Positions 27,294 to 35,722 of a stretch of DNA of 48,478 nucleotides are shown in pieces. This DNA is from Klebsiella phage vB_Kpn_K17alpha61. Position 1 is the stretch's first letter; every line of letters starts with the position of its first letter. Where the stretch lies: the sequence record OY757091.1, one strand, 5' to 3'. The translations under genes were made by a program, and so were the position numbers. Under the pieces are notes generated by a model. The model had not been told where the DNA came from and ran no database searches. It worked only from the letters and a program-made list of their open reading frames with translations.

Positions 27294-29330
27294 ATGCTGA
27301 CAATTGAACAACAAATTGAAGCCTACGCAGACAAGATCCCATCTATTCAAAAGCGGTTCACGGTCGGGAATATCGTTCCGTACCCTTACCAGGCTGTCGC
27401 GTACATCGAGACGGCGAAGCGGATCGCGAACTATGAGCATCCGTTCTACATTAAGGCGTCCGTATCCGCAGGCAAGACAATCATGATCGCTATGCTCGCG
27501 GCGCAGTGCAAAACAATGAACTTGCCTATGATGGTTCTCGCCCGGCAGGCTGAGATCGTTAAGCAGGATTCCGAGGAAATCAGCAACCTTGACGTGCCAA
27601 ACTCCGTTTATTGCGCCGGGTTAGGCACAAAGGCGGCTTACTTCCCGATCGTCGTCGGCTCCGAAGGGACGGTGGTTAATGGCCTGTTTAAGATGCTGGG
27701 CGATTACGTGCCTTCAGTCCTGGCAATCGACGAATGCCATCAGGTTGACTGGCAAGACCTCGCAGAAGCGATCGCGAACGATGAATCCTTCGAGTACATG
27801 AGCCGCGCAAAGGATAAGCCGTATCGCGTGAATGGTGAGATCGTCGATGCCGATTACCCGTACAACGAAAAGTTCGAAACGGTTGAATTTGGCGGCGGGC
27901 GCACTCAATACACCATCGTAATCATCGAGTTAATGCGCCGTTGCCTTCAGAAGACGGGGCGAGAACTTCGCATCGTTGGCTACACTGGTTCGGAGTTTCG
28001 CGGCGTCATTCCGATCTTACAGGAGGACAAGAGCCAGCCGGGTTTCTGGCGCGAGCAGATCACGGACATTAACACAAACTACCTTGTCGAATTCGGTTCG
28101 GTGGTTCCGACAATCTTTGGTGACACTGAGGCCGACGGCCTGGGCTATGACCTGTCAGAGTTTCACGGCTCCAGTCAGGACGGAACGCAGGATTTTAGCG
28201 CTGAAGACTTGCGCAAGATGGAGAAGAAAATCCACGATTCTGGCGAAATGACTAAGCTGATTATGCAGAAGGTGGTCGAGCGTGCGCAGACGCGAAACGG
28301 CGTGCTTATCACTTGCGCGGGCCAGCGCCACTGTAAGGAGGCGGCGAGCCACTTACCGCCGGACGCCACATACGCGATCATCACAGAGAAGACGAACTCG
28401 AAGAAACGCGGTGAAATTCTGGACAAGGCGAACCGGGGCGAGATTAAGTACATCTTCCAGGTGATGGCCCTAACGACTGGCGTTAACGTTCCGTTTTGGG
28501 ATTTTTCTGTAATCCTTCGCAAGATCGGTTCTCTGACGTTGCTGATTCAGCTTTTGGGGCGAGGAATGCGATTGCTCAAAGACTGGCAGAAGGAAGCGCC
28601 CTATTTGTGGGTGAAAGAAGATCACCTTGTCTGGGATTTTGCCGGAACAATGGATGACCTGGGCCAGTTGTATTTCGATCCGATTCTTGAGCAGGCGCAG
28701 TATCAGAAGCGCAAGAGCAGCAAGAACGGCCCGAAAATTTGCCCGGTCTGCAAAGGCGAAAATAGCGAGTACGCCCGCCGCTGCATCCATAAGGATAGCA
28801 ACGGCAATCGGTGCGAGTATTTTTGGACGTCCCAGCGCTGCGAAGACCAAAAGGATCCGAGGACGGGGAAAATCAAGGTCAAGGGATGCCACGCTGAAAA
28901 CGACATTGTGGCGCGCCAGTGCAGATGTTGTGGTGTGCAGCTAAAGGATCCTAACGACAACCTCACCGGGAAGCATTACACGCAAAATGACTGGTATCAG
29001 GTTGTAGGATTTGATTTGGGATTGACACGAAACCAAAGCGGGATCATCTTTAATTACGTGTTGCTCAACCATGACGGAGAGCGGTTCACGGCAAGGGAAA
29101 AATTCTTCCCTGAGTCAGAAAGTGCGATTTGCGGTAAGTTGTGGCGACAAAAGGCAGTCTTCCAGCATGTTGATGATGCTGTAATGCGTGGCAAGTTTGG
29201 CGGCATGAAAAACGCCCGCAAGATCCTGGAGTATGCGGAATACTTCCGCGCGCCGAAGCGCGTAACGCATCGCATCAACGGCAAGAAGGAGGACATTATT
29301 TCCCGCAAAGACTTTGGAGGCGAGGAGTGA
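27294..29330 (+). CDS. DEAD/DEAH-box (SF2) helicase
   Basis: PYPYQAVAYIETAKR, IKASVSAGKTIMIAML (motif I), LAIDECHQVDW (DECH motif II), C-terminal LIQLLGRGMRLLKDW (motif VI), zinc-finger-like Cys clusters. Confidence 0.93.
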   Translation: MLTIEQQIEAYADKIPSIQKRFTVGNIVPYPYQAVAYIETAKRIANYEHPFYIKASVSAGKTIMIAMLAAQCKTMNLPMMVLARQAEIVKQDSEEISNLDVPNSVYCAGLGTKAAYFPIVVGSEGTVVNGLFKMLGDYVPSVLAIDECHQVDWQDLAEAIANDESFEYMSRAKDKPYRVNGEIVDADYPYNEKFETVEFGGGRTQYTIVIIELMRRCLQKTGRELRIVGYTGSEFRGVIPILQEDKSQPGFWREQITDINTNYLVEFGSVVPTIFGDTEADGLGYDLSEFHGSSQDGTQDFSAEDLRKMEKKIHDSGEMTKLIMQKVVERAQTRNGVLITCAGQRHCKEAASHLPPDATYAIITEKTNSKKRGEILDKANRGEIKYIFQVMALTTGVNVPFWDFSVILRKIGSLTLLIQLLGRGMRLLKDWQKEAPYLWVKEDHLVWDFAGTMDDLGQLYFDPILEQAQYQKRKSSKNGPKICPVCKGENSEYARRCIHKDSNGNRCEYFWTSQRCEDQKDPRTGKIKVKGCHAENDIVARQCRCCGVQLKDPNDNLTGKHYTQNDWYQVVGFDLGLTRNQSGIIFNYVLLNHDGERFTAREKFFPESESAICGKLWRQKAVFQHVDDAVMRGKFGGMKNARKILEYAEYFRAPKRVTHRINGKKEDIISRKDFGGEE

Positions 29331-29734
29331 TTACAGACAAAGGGGATTACCTCGAGTATTACGGCGGGCCTGTAAAGGCTTGCCCGCTTGAAAAAATCGA
29401 CCAGATGAACAGCGTTTCGTGGCTGCGTTACGAATACCCCGATTATCTGTTCTGGCATACGGTCAACGAGGGCAGCAAGCACAAGGCGAGCGCCGTTGCA
29501 GATCATCAAATGGGATTGCTTAAAGGCGTAAGCGATATCCTTGTGCTGATTGGGCTGGGTGGCAAATACCCGTTCGCCGCCATTGAGCTAAAGCGCCAGG
29601 GTAAATCCCAGGCGTCGCCAGTGAGCAAGGAGCAACGGGAATTCCTCGCAGCCGTCCGAAGCCGTGGCGGGTTCGCTGCCGTGGCCTATGGATTCGAGCA
29701 GTTTAAGATCGCTTTCGGCGATGCCATCAAATAG
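29327..29734 (+). CDS. VRR-NUC domain nuclease
   Basis: ADHQMGLLKGVSDILVL...FAAIELKRQGKSQASPVSKEQREFLAAVRSRGGFAAVAYG. Confidence 0.87.
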   Translation: MITDKGDYLEYYGGPVKACPLEKIDQMNSVSWLRYEYPDYLFWHTVNEGSKHKASAVADHQMGLLKGVSDILVLIGLGGKYPFAAIELKRQGKSQASPVSKEQREFLAAVRSRGGFAAVAYGFEQFKIAFGDAIK

Positions 29735-29774
29735 CACTTTTTGTTAAAACTACCCGGAGAAAGTCGGGTAGTAT
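29732..29774 (+). promoter_or_regulatory. Marbox-type promoter P2
   Basis: TAGCACTTTTTGTTA (29732-29746), 22 bp, TAGTAT (29769-29774); the TAG is the stop codon of VRR-NUC. Confidence 0.65.
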
Positions 29775-29808
29775 TACTGCATAGAAACGAAGAACGGAGT
29801 ATTGAAAG

Positions 29809-30087
29809 ATGAAAAAGATGCTTGCTTTAATTGTTATGTCTCTTGGTCTTATTGGTTGCAGCGAAAAACCAAAAACATATATTTGCGGTAACGAAGCATT
29901 TGAGGTTACGAGCGATTATATGAAGGTAGTTAGCGGCAAGAGCGCTGGCGTTTTAATTGATGGCATTGGTGAAAACCAGTATAAGCTGTTTACGCCACTT
30001 GGAACGGCTTTTTATACTGTTAACAAAAACACCATTGATATTAAAGTTAGCGTTTATCAGAACACTCTAACTTGCGAGGTTAAGTAA
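29809..30087 (+). CDS. Small predicted lipoprotein
   Basis: MKKMLALIVMSLGLIGC signal peptide with lipobox (LIGC). Confidence 0.75.
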   Translation: MKKMLALIVMSLGLIGCSEKPKTYICGNEAFEVTSDYMKVVSGKSAGVLIDGIGENQYKLFTPLGTAFYTVNKNTIDIKVSVYQNTLTCEVK

Positions 30088-30089
30088 TA

Positions 30090-30821
30090 ATGGCAAAAGA
30101 CACCCAAGACAAAGACACTCACGACGCTTTCACGACGCTTGAACAGCTTGAACGTGAAACGTTCATAGGCAACGCGCTTGCCACTGGCGGACACTATCAG
30201 GCCGTCAAGCCTGATAAATTCTACCAGGTAACTGGCAACCGCTACGCAGGGAGCAAGACGCCGGATATCGTCCGCGACAAGTGGTCAACCGATCGCAGCC
30301 TTATTGCTTACATGGAGGAGCGTTACGGGCCATACGACCTGGACGCCGCCGCCGAAGAAAGCAATACCGTCTGCCAGAAGTTTTACGACGAAAAGACCGA
30401 TTGTCTCAAGCGCTGGTGGGGAAAAAATAAGCACGTCTGGCTTAACCCGCCTTACTCGTTCCCGGATCCCTTCGTGCTGAAAGCCATTGAGCAGATGGAG
30501 CATGACAACCAGATCGATATTTTGCTTCCCGGCGACAACTCTACGGCGTGGTTCCGCGACGCACAGAAGGCGGCGGCTGAGATCATTTGGATTGTCGCAG
30601 ACGTCACGGAGGATGAAGACGGAACGCAACTAAGCCGATCCGGTCGCCTGGCCTTCATTAACGGCCTAAGCGGGAAACCAGTAGACAACAACAACAAGGG
30701 CAGCGTAATTTTCATCATGCGAAAACTCAAGCCGGGCGAGGAGCAAAAAACGTTCTACGTTCCGGTAAGCGAAATCTGCCCGTCATTAACTAAAAAGCGC
30801 ATGCGCAAACGTGGGATCTGA
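30090..30821 (+). CDS. Phage Dam-like DNA N6-adenine methyltransferase
   Basis: DKWSTDRSLIAYMEERYGPYDLDAAAEESNTVC...VWLNPPYSFPDPFVLKA (NPPY motif). Confidence 0.88.
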   Translation: MAKDTQDKDTHDAFTTLEQLERETFIGNALATGGHYQAVKPDKFYQVTGNRYAGSKTPDIVRDKWSTDRSLIAYMEERYGPYDLDAAAEESNTVCQKFYDEKTDCLKRWWGKNKHVWLNPPYSFPDPFVLKAIEQMEHDNQIDILLPGDNSTAWFRDAQKAAAEIIWIVADVTEDEDGTQLSRSGRLAFINGLSGKPVDNNNKGSVIFIMRKLKPGEEQKTFYVPVSEICPSLTKKRMRKRGI

Positions 30822-30824
30822 AAA

Positions 30825-31061
30825 ATGGAACAGCTTGAATCTTTCACCGAATACCTCCATATCGTCGTTACCCTGCTGGACAAGTACGGATTCATCGGTA
30901 CGGATGAAGAAAAGATGGCCTTCGCCGATAGCATAGACGGCACTTATCAAGAGTTCATGGATAACGGCACGCCGCTTGCTGACTGGCCCGCGATTCTTGA
31001 GCGCGAATTGCTGGATTTTCGGGCGCGTGAAGGTGCGGAATATTTCGCGAAACAGCACTAA
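30825..31061 (+). CDS. Hypothetical protein
   Basis: 78 aa, tightly packed after methyltransferase. Confidence 0.6.
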   Translation: MEQLESFTEYLHIVVTLLDKYGFIGTDEEKMAFADSIDGTYQEFMDNGTPLADWPAILERELLDFRAREGAEYFAKQH

Positions 31062-31095
31062 TTGCCAAACAATGCCCGCCGCGAGCGGGTATTAT
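31053..31095 (+). promoter_or_regulatory. Marbox-type promoter P3
   Basis: ACAGCACTAATTGCCAAAC (complete consensus match), 22 bp from TTGCCA to TATTAT (31090-31095); overlaps the end of the upstream gene. Confidence 0.7.
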
Positions 31096-31125
31096 TGTTC
31101 CATCAACCAATCAGGAGCTAACGCC

Positions 31126-31362
31126 ATGAACACCAAAACAATTGCCGACACCATCAAGATCGCACAAGTTAAGCCGCACATCGTATCGCGCCACCTGATT
31201 AACCTTTCTCGCCTGTGCATGGCCGACTACGTGGCGAAGCCTTTAGAGAATGGCCTTGATGGTGAAATCGGCGCGATCTACTTCCGAGCCGCCCACGGCA
31301 TCGAAGAAATTCACATGTATGAGCAGATGGCGGAATGCTTCTGCATTTACGGTGACGAATAA
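31126..31362 (+). CDS. Hypothetical protein
   Basis: MNTKTIADTIKIAQVKPHIVSR...; SD CAGGAG before ATG 31126 (track start 30976 is upstream of the promoter). Confidence 0.65.
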   Translation: MNTKTIADTIKIAQVKPHIVSRHLINLSRLCMADYVAKPLENGLDGEIGAIYFRAAHGIEEIHMYEQMAECFCIYGDE

Positions 31363-31610
31363 TGATTGTCGAATCTGGCCGCGCTGCCGTCTGGCAGCAT
31401 GCCAAAGAGGCTGGAATTAGTGACGATATCGTGATGATCGCAAAGTATTTCGATATCAAGGATATCTCCATTGTGTTCAATGGGAAATTTACCTATCTTC
31501 ATGAGCGCCCACTGAAGCGCACGCGTATAGCGGTTGCGACGCGGGCGGAGGCCGACGCTCTGAAGATGTTCATTAATGAGTCGAAGCGGACCAAAAAATA
31601 TTACAAGTAG
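31362..31610 (+). CDS. Hypothetical protein
   Basis: 82 aa, ATG overlaps preceding stop (TAATG). Confidence 0.6.
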   Translation: MIVESGRAAVWQHAKEAGISDDIVMIAKYFDIKDISIVFNGKFTYLHERPLKRTRIAVATRAEADALKMFINESKRTKKYYK

Positions 31611-31624
31611 CGGGAGTGTTGAGA

Positions 31625-31702
31625 ATGCGATATATTGCGATCCTGATTACGGCGGTGGTTCTCACTATCGCAATCTTTAACTACGTAATTCAATTGGGAT
31701 AA
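31625..31702 (+). CDS. 25-aa single-TM micropeptide
   Basis: MRYIAILITAVVLTIAIFNYVIQLG*, GGGAG upstream; absent from the supplied ORF track. Confidence 0.45.
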   Translation: MRYIAILITAVVLTIAIFNYVIQLG

Positions 31703-31705
31703 ATT

Positions 31706-32836
31706 ATGCAACCTAAAATCACAGACGAAGAATTTTTAGCCGCCCGCGAGGAAGGCAAGACATACCGCGAGATCGCCGAAGAGTTCGGCATGAACGTTCG
31801 CAGTGTGGAGCGTCGCGGCGTTCGACTTGCCCGCCAGGGGCATTTGCACGGTAACAACCACGTAGCGAAGCACATCCCGGACGGGTTCGGGGTCAAAGGC
31901 ACATCGACCATGATTCGCGCGAACGGTGACGAAGTTGTGCGCTGGGTCAAGTCAGAAGTAGACCGCGACCGCATGATCGCTTTGATGGAGGCGGCGCAAG
32001 CATCATTCTGCGAAGACCTACCGCGCGCCGAACCGCAGCCGAAGGATGAATCGAAGTTTTTCATTGAGGATCAGCTTGCCCTGTATCCGATCTTCGACTT
32101 GCACATCGGCGCGATGGCCCACAAGCACGAATGCGGCGAGAACTACGACACCAGCACAGCCGAAAGGGTTCTTAACCGCTTCTTTGACTATTCCGTTTCG
32201 GTTGCCCCGAAGTCGAAAAAGGCGGTCTTGCTGGTCGGCGGTGACTTCCTTCACAGTGACGGCCTGGACGCAGTAACCCCGGCAAGTGGTCACGTTCTCG
32301 ATCAGGATAGCCGTTACGCGAAACTTGTCTATGTGGCTATTCGCTCATTGCGCCGCGCCGTGTCGCTACTGCTGAGTAATCACGCAGAAGTAGAGGTGCA
32401 GGTAATCGAGGGGAACCACGATCAGGCTGGCATGATCTGGTTGCGTGCAGCGCTCGCAGCGTTCTATGAAAATGAGCCGCGCGTATTCGTTGACGTCAGC
32501 CCTGCTATTCTGCATCGCACCGTATGGGGCAAAACGATGCTGGGCTACACTCACGGCCACACGATGAAGAAGGCAGAAACGCGCCTAGCCGCAATGGCTA
32601 CTGACTTCCGCAAGGAGTTCGGGCAATGCGACTACATCTACACGCATTCGGGCCATTGGCATCACCAGACCGTCACGGAGCACTCGTTAGGGATTGACGA
32701 AGTACACGGCCAGTTAGGGGCCAAAGACGCTTACGCCGCTCGCGGTGGTTGGCGCTCCTATCGCCAGGCGGCGGTTATTCTGTACAGCAAAGAATATGGC
32801 GAAGTAGGCCGCTTTATCTACCGCCCGAACATGTAA
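31706..32836 (+). CDS. Metallophosphoesterase with N-terminal HTH
   Basis: TYREIAEEFGMNVRSVERR (HTH); FDLHIGA, VGGDFLH, EGNHDQAGM, THSGHWHH calcineurin-like motifs. Confidence 0.88.
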   Translation: MQPKITDEEFLAAREEGKTYREIAEEFGMNVRSVERRGVRLARQGHLHGNNHVAKHIPDGFGVKGTSTMIRANGDEVVRWVKSEVDRDRMIALMEAAQASFCEDLPRAEPQPKDESKFFIEDQLALYPIFDLHIGAMAHKHECGENYDTSTAERVLNRFFDYSVSVAPKSKKAVLLVGGDFLHSDGLDAVTPASGHVLDQDSRYAKLVYVAIRSLRRAVSLLLSNHAEVEVQVIEGNHDQAGMIWLRAALAAFYENEPRVFVDVSPAILHRTVWGKTMLGYTHGHTMKKAETRLAAMATDFRKEFGQCDYIYTHSGHWHHQTVTEHSLGIDEVHGQLGAKDAYAARGGWRSYRQAAVILYSKEYGEVGRFIYRPNM

Positions 32837-32873
32837 CCACAACGGCCCCGCGAGGGGCCAACAAGGAAAACCG

Positions 32874-33365
32874 ATGAATAGAAATATCTGCATTTTCGAT
32901 CTCGATGGCACGTTGTCCAATGGCAACCACCGTTTGCACCTGCTGCCGAAAAAAGATCTCCACCTAACCGAAAGCTGGACGGCGTTCAACATGGCGGCTG
33001 GCGGCGACGCTCCCATTACGGACACGATCCGGGTAATGAAGGCCATGCGCGCAGCAGGATTTATCGTCATCATCCTGACCGGGCGAAGCGATGAGGCACG
33101 CGAGATCACTGAAAAATGGCTGGTGCAAAATGGCGCATCGCATTACGATCTGCTGATTATGCGCTCCGCCTCCGACAACCGGAAAGATACGGTTATCAAA
33201 GAGGAAATTTTACGCAAGATTGGCATTGAGCGAATCGTTGCGGCGTGGGATGATAGCCCCACTGTTATTGCGCACTTCCGTAGCCTGGGTATCACAACTT
33301 ACCAGGTCTGCGACTACGGCGAAAACCTTCACGACCATCTGAAATCTCATGGAGTAGACAAATGA
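32874..33365 (+). CDS. HAD-family phosphatase (polynucleotide kinase 3'-phosphatase-like)
   Basis: ICIFDLDGTLSN, VIILTGRSDEAREIT, AAWDDSPTVIAHF. Confidence 0.85.
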   Translation: MNRNICIFDLDGTLSNGNHRLHLLPKKDLHLTESWTAFNMAAGGDAPITDTIRVMKAMRAAGFIVIILTGRSDEAREITEKWLVQNGASHYDLLIMRSASDNRKDTVIKEEILRKIGIERIVAAWDDSPTVIAHFRSLGITTYQVCDYGENLHDHLKSHGVDK

Positions 33366-33970
33366 AAAATGTAATCATCCTCAACGGCGCACCGGGCATC
33401 GGAAAAGACACCATCGCGGAAATCATCGCCCGCAAATGGGAGTATCGGATCCTGAGTTTCAAGTCACCGATGTTTGACATTGCGCGCGCCATCCTGGGTG
33501 CAACCGACTTTGCCCGCTTCGCCGTCCGTTACCACGACCGCAACCGGAAAGAAGTCAAGTGCGACTTTTTAGGCGACCGCTCGCCGCGTGAATTCCTGAT
33601 TCACATTAGCGAAAATTTCGTAAAGCCGACGTTAGGCAAAAAGCAGTTCGGCAAGTTGCTTTGCGATTCCGTCGTGAATTCGCCTGTTAGTTGCGTCGTC
33701 AGCGACGGCGGATTTGACGAAGAAGTAGAGCACATCGCGGCGCACGATAGCGTAAACGTCTTTGTCGTTCGCCTGCATCGTGACGGCATGACTTTCGAGG
33801 GTGATAGCCGCAAGCATATTTGCCGGCCGGATCTTATTTGCGAAACTTATCACGAATTCGATTTTGATATGACGACTGGCGAGCCGGAAGACGACGCGCA
33901 AAAAATCCTTGATATGGTTTTGAAGGGTATTAATATTCTCTACGTAATGCCTTTATTATCACCGCCTTAA
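33362..33970 (+). CDS. Deoxynucleoside monophosphate kinase-like P-loop protein
   Basis: VIILNGAPGIGKDTIAEIIA (Walker A), GDRSPREFLIHISE. Confidence 0.75.
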   Translation: MKNVIILNGAPGIGKDTIAEIIARKWEYRILSFKSPMFDIARAILGATDFARFAVRYHDRNRKEVKCDFLGDRSPREFLIHISENFVKPTLGKKQFGKLLCDSVVNSPVSCVVSDGGFDEEVEHIAAHDSVNVFVVRLHRDGMTFEGDSRKHICRPDLICETYHEFDFDMTTGEPEDDAQKILDMVLKGINILYVMPLLSPP

Positions 33971-34067
33971 ACTTTGGGAGCCTTAACAGGTTCCCTTTTT
34001 TTTGTTCTTTATTTGGCCCAACGCATATATCATCGCATTATCACTTAACTAACAGAGGTTGCATATC

Positions 34068-34283
34068 ATGCGGGAATTCATCAACGCGGCAACCAATGGT
34101 AGCGGCGGTGTTACCCTCGCAGGCTCTGCGACCGGGCAACTTATCATTGCGGCCATTGGTTTATTTTTCATGATTCTATTCGGCTCCTTCGGCGCGTGGT
34201 TGCGCTGGCGAGATTCAAAGGCGCTTCGTGAAGCGCTGGAAGCCGGGGATATCAAAACGGCGGTGAAGATCAGGAGTAAATAA
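34068..34283 (+). CDS. Holin candidate, single TM
   Basis: MREFINAATNGSGGVTLAGSATGQLIIAAIGLFFMILFGSFGAWLRWRDSK; directly upstream of endolysin. Confidence 0.65.
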   Translation: MREFINAATNGSGGVTLAGSATGQLIIAAIGLFFMILFGSFGAWLRWRDSKALREALEAGDIKTAVKIRSK

Positions 34284-34284
34284 C

Positions 34285-34767
34285 ATGGGGATTAAAACGC
34301 GGGTTACATTCGCGGCGGCGATGGCGATCGCTGTCGCCTTCCTCCCGAAAGTGGAGGACACGAAATACAAAGTTTATACCGATATCGCTGGCGTTTCGAC
34401 GGTCTGCGAAGGCATCACGGGGCCGGACGTAATCAAGGGGAAAACCTATACCCGGTCAGAATGCGATGCTCTTTTGGCGAAGCACATCCAGGTCGCAAAG
34501 CGTGTAGTTGACAGCAAAATCAAAGTGGCCGTGCCGGACACCTTCAGGGCGTCGATGTACAGCTTCACTTTCAACGCTGGCGGCGGCGCATACTCCGGCA
34601 GCACTATGCTGAAGTTGACGAACAAGGGGCGGCTATATGAGGCGTGCGAACAGCTTTACCGCTGGACGTACTATCGCAACCCGAAAACGGGCAAGATGGA
34701 AAAATCGCGCGGCCTGCATAATCGCCGGGATCAGGAATTCAATCTGTGCATTAAGGATCTAAAATGA
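34285..34767 (+). CDS. SAR endolysin, T4/P21-type lysozyme (GH24)
   Basis: N-terminal VTFAAAMAIAVAFL; catalytic E24-x8-D33-x5-T39 (EDTKYKVYTDIAGVST). Confidence 0.93.
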   Translation: MGIKTRVTFAAAMAIAVAFLPKVEDTKYKVYTDIAGVSTVCEGITGPDVIKGKTYTRSECDALLAKHIQVAKRVVDSKIKVAVPDTFRASMYSFTFNAGGGAYSGSTMLKLTNKGRLYEACEQLYRWTYYRNPKTGKMEKSRGLHNRRDQEFNLCIKDLK

Positions 34768-35189
34768 GTAGCTTAAATTTTCAGCGAGCATTGGCAATCG
34801 GCTTCATCGTGTGGGCGGTTGCACTGGTTTCCGGTTGCGCTTCCAGCGTCCCGATCCTTTCCGATCTGGTGGGCAGCAAGCCGGATATGACGGCGCAAGT
34901 CGGTGCGGAGAACGTGAAGCAGGCGGTTGGCGTGACGAACAAAACGGACACGTCCAGCAAGCAGGAAACGACCTTCAAAGAATCGGCAGTTGGCAAGGTT
35001 GACACGTCCAACAAAAAGGCGGTGACGACCTCCAGCATTCACGCGAACCAGATTACGGCGGAGAAGATCGAGATCCGAAACGACGGTAGCGGAAGCATGA
35101 TTCCGTGGCTGATTGGTGCCGTTGGGGTCATCATGTTCGCTGTCGGTGTTTTCGGTATGTGGCGAGAGCGAAAAAATAAAGGGGCGTAA
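34764..35189 (+). CDS. Candidate unimolecular spanin (u-spanin)
   Basis: N-terminal lipobox LVSGC plus C-terminal TM MIPWLIGAVGVIMFAVGVFGMW and basic tail RERKNKGA; last gene of lysis cassette. Confidence 0.65.
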   Translation: MSSLNFQRALAIGFIVWAVALVSGCASSVPILSDLVGSKPDMTAQVGAENVKQAVGVTNKTDTSSKQETTFKESAVGKVDTSNKKAVTTSSIHANQITAEKIEIRNDGSGSMIPWLIGAVGVIMFAVGVFGMWRERKNKGA

Positions 35190-35200
35190 GCCCCTTTTTT
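35178..35200. terminator. Terminator after lysis cassette
   Basis: AAAGGGGCGTAAGCCCCTTTTTT. Confidence 0.85.
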
Positions 35201-35418
35201 CATATGTACCGTTTGACGTGCAGCAGTGCCACACCATCTTCATCATTCAACCCATGTTCAACCGTGTTTGTCGCGGCCATGCCTTGATATAGCAAGGTGA
35301 GCGCGGCACGCAAGTAATTTTCTGGTGTGATCTGATTCACGCAAACAAGCCTGTGAACCTCCGTTATCAGATCTTCCACCTGCTTTCCCGAATAGGGCTT
35401 CATCGTCGAGTTGCTCAA
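35200..35418 (-). CDS. Hypothetical protein
   Basis: 72 aa; MKPYSGKQVEDLITEVHRLVCVNQITPENYLRAALTLLYQGM. Confidence 0.55.
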   Translation of the reverse strand: MSNSTMKPYSGKQVEDLITEVHRLVCVNQITPENYLRAALTLLYQGMAATNTVEHGLNDEDGVALLHVKRYI

Positions 35419-35719
35419 TGTGCATCATCTCCCACATGTATTTGTTGTCCATCCCTTCAAACGACCGGAAGTTAAATCCAATCTCCCTGTTATCCGGGCC
35501 AGTACACCACACCACGCCGTTTTTTCCGTCCAGGTATCCATTCGTATAGCTTCGCGCTAAAAACTCCTTAGAAACCATTGAGGCGAACATACGGTGTGAC
35601 ACGTTGGCGGCTTTTGCCATGCGTGGCGATTCGCGGTGCATGTAAACGAACTTCGCAAAATCTTGCCGGGTAAATTCCCGGCGAGACTCGCAGAATCGGT
35701 AAATGTCAAGGATAAACAT
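35258..35719 (-). CDS. Hypothetical protein
   Basis: 153 aa; overlaps previous ORF by 161 bp in another frame. Confidence 0.55.
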   Translation of the reverse strand: MFILDIYRFCESRREFTRQDFAKFVYMHRESPRMAKAANVSHRMFASMVSKEFLARSYTNGYLDGKNGVVWCTGPDNREIGFNFRSFEGMDNKYMWEMMHIEQLDDEALFGKAGGRSDNGGSQACLRESDHTRKLLACRAHLAISRHGRDKHG

Positions 35720-35722
35720 TCA

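Noticed and set aside
28155-28892. Minus ORFs opposite the helicase
   Set aside because: The helicase motifs fully explain the region.
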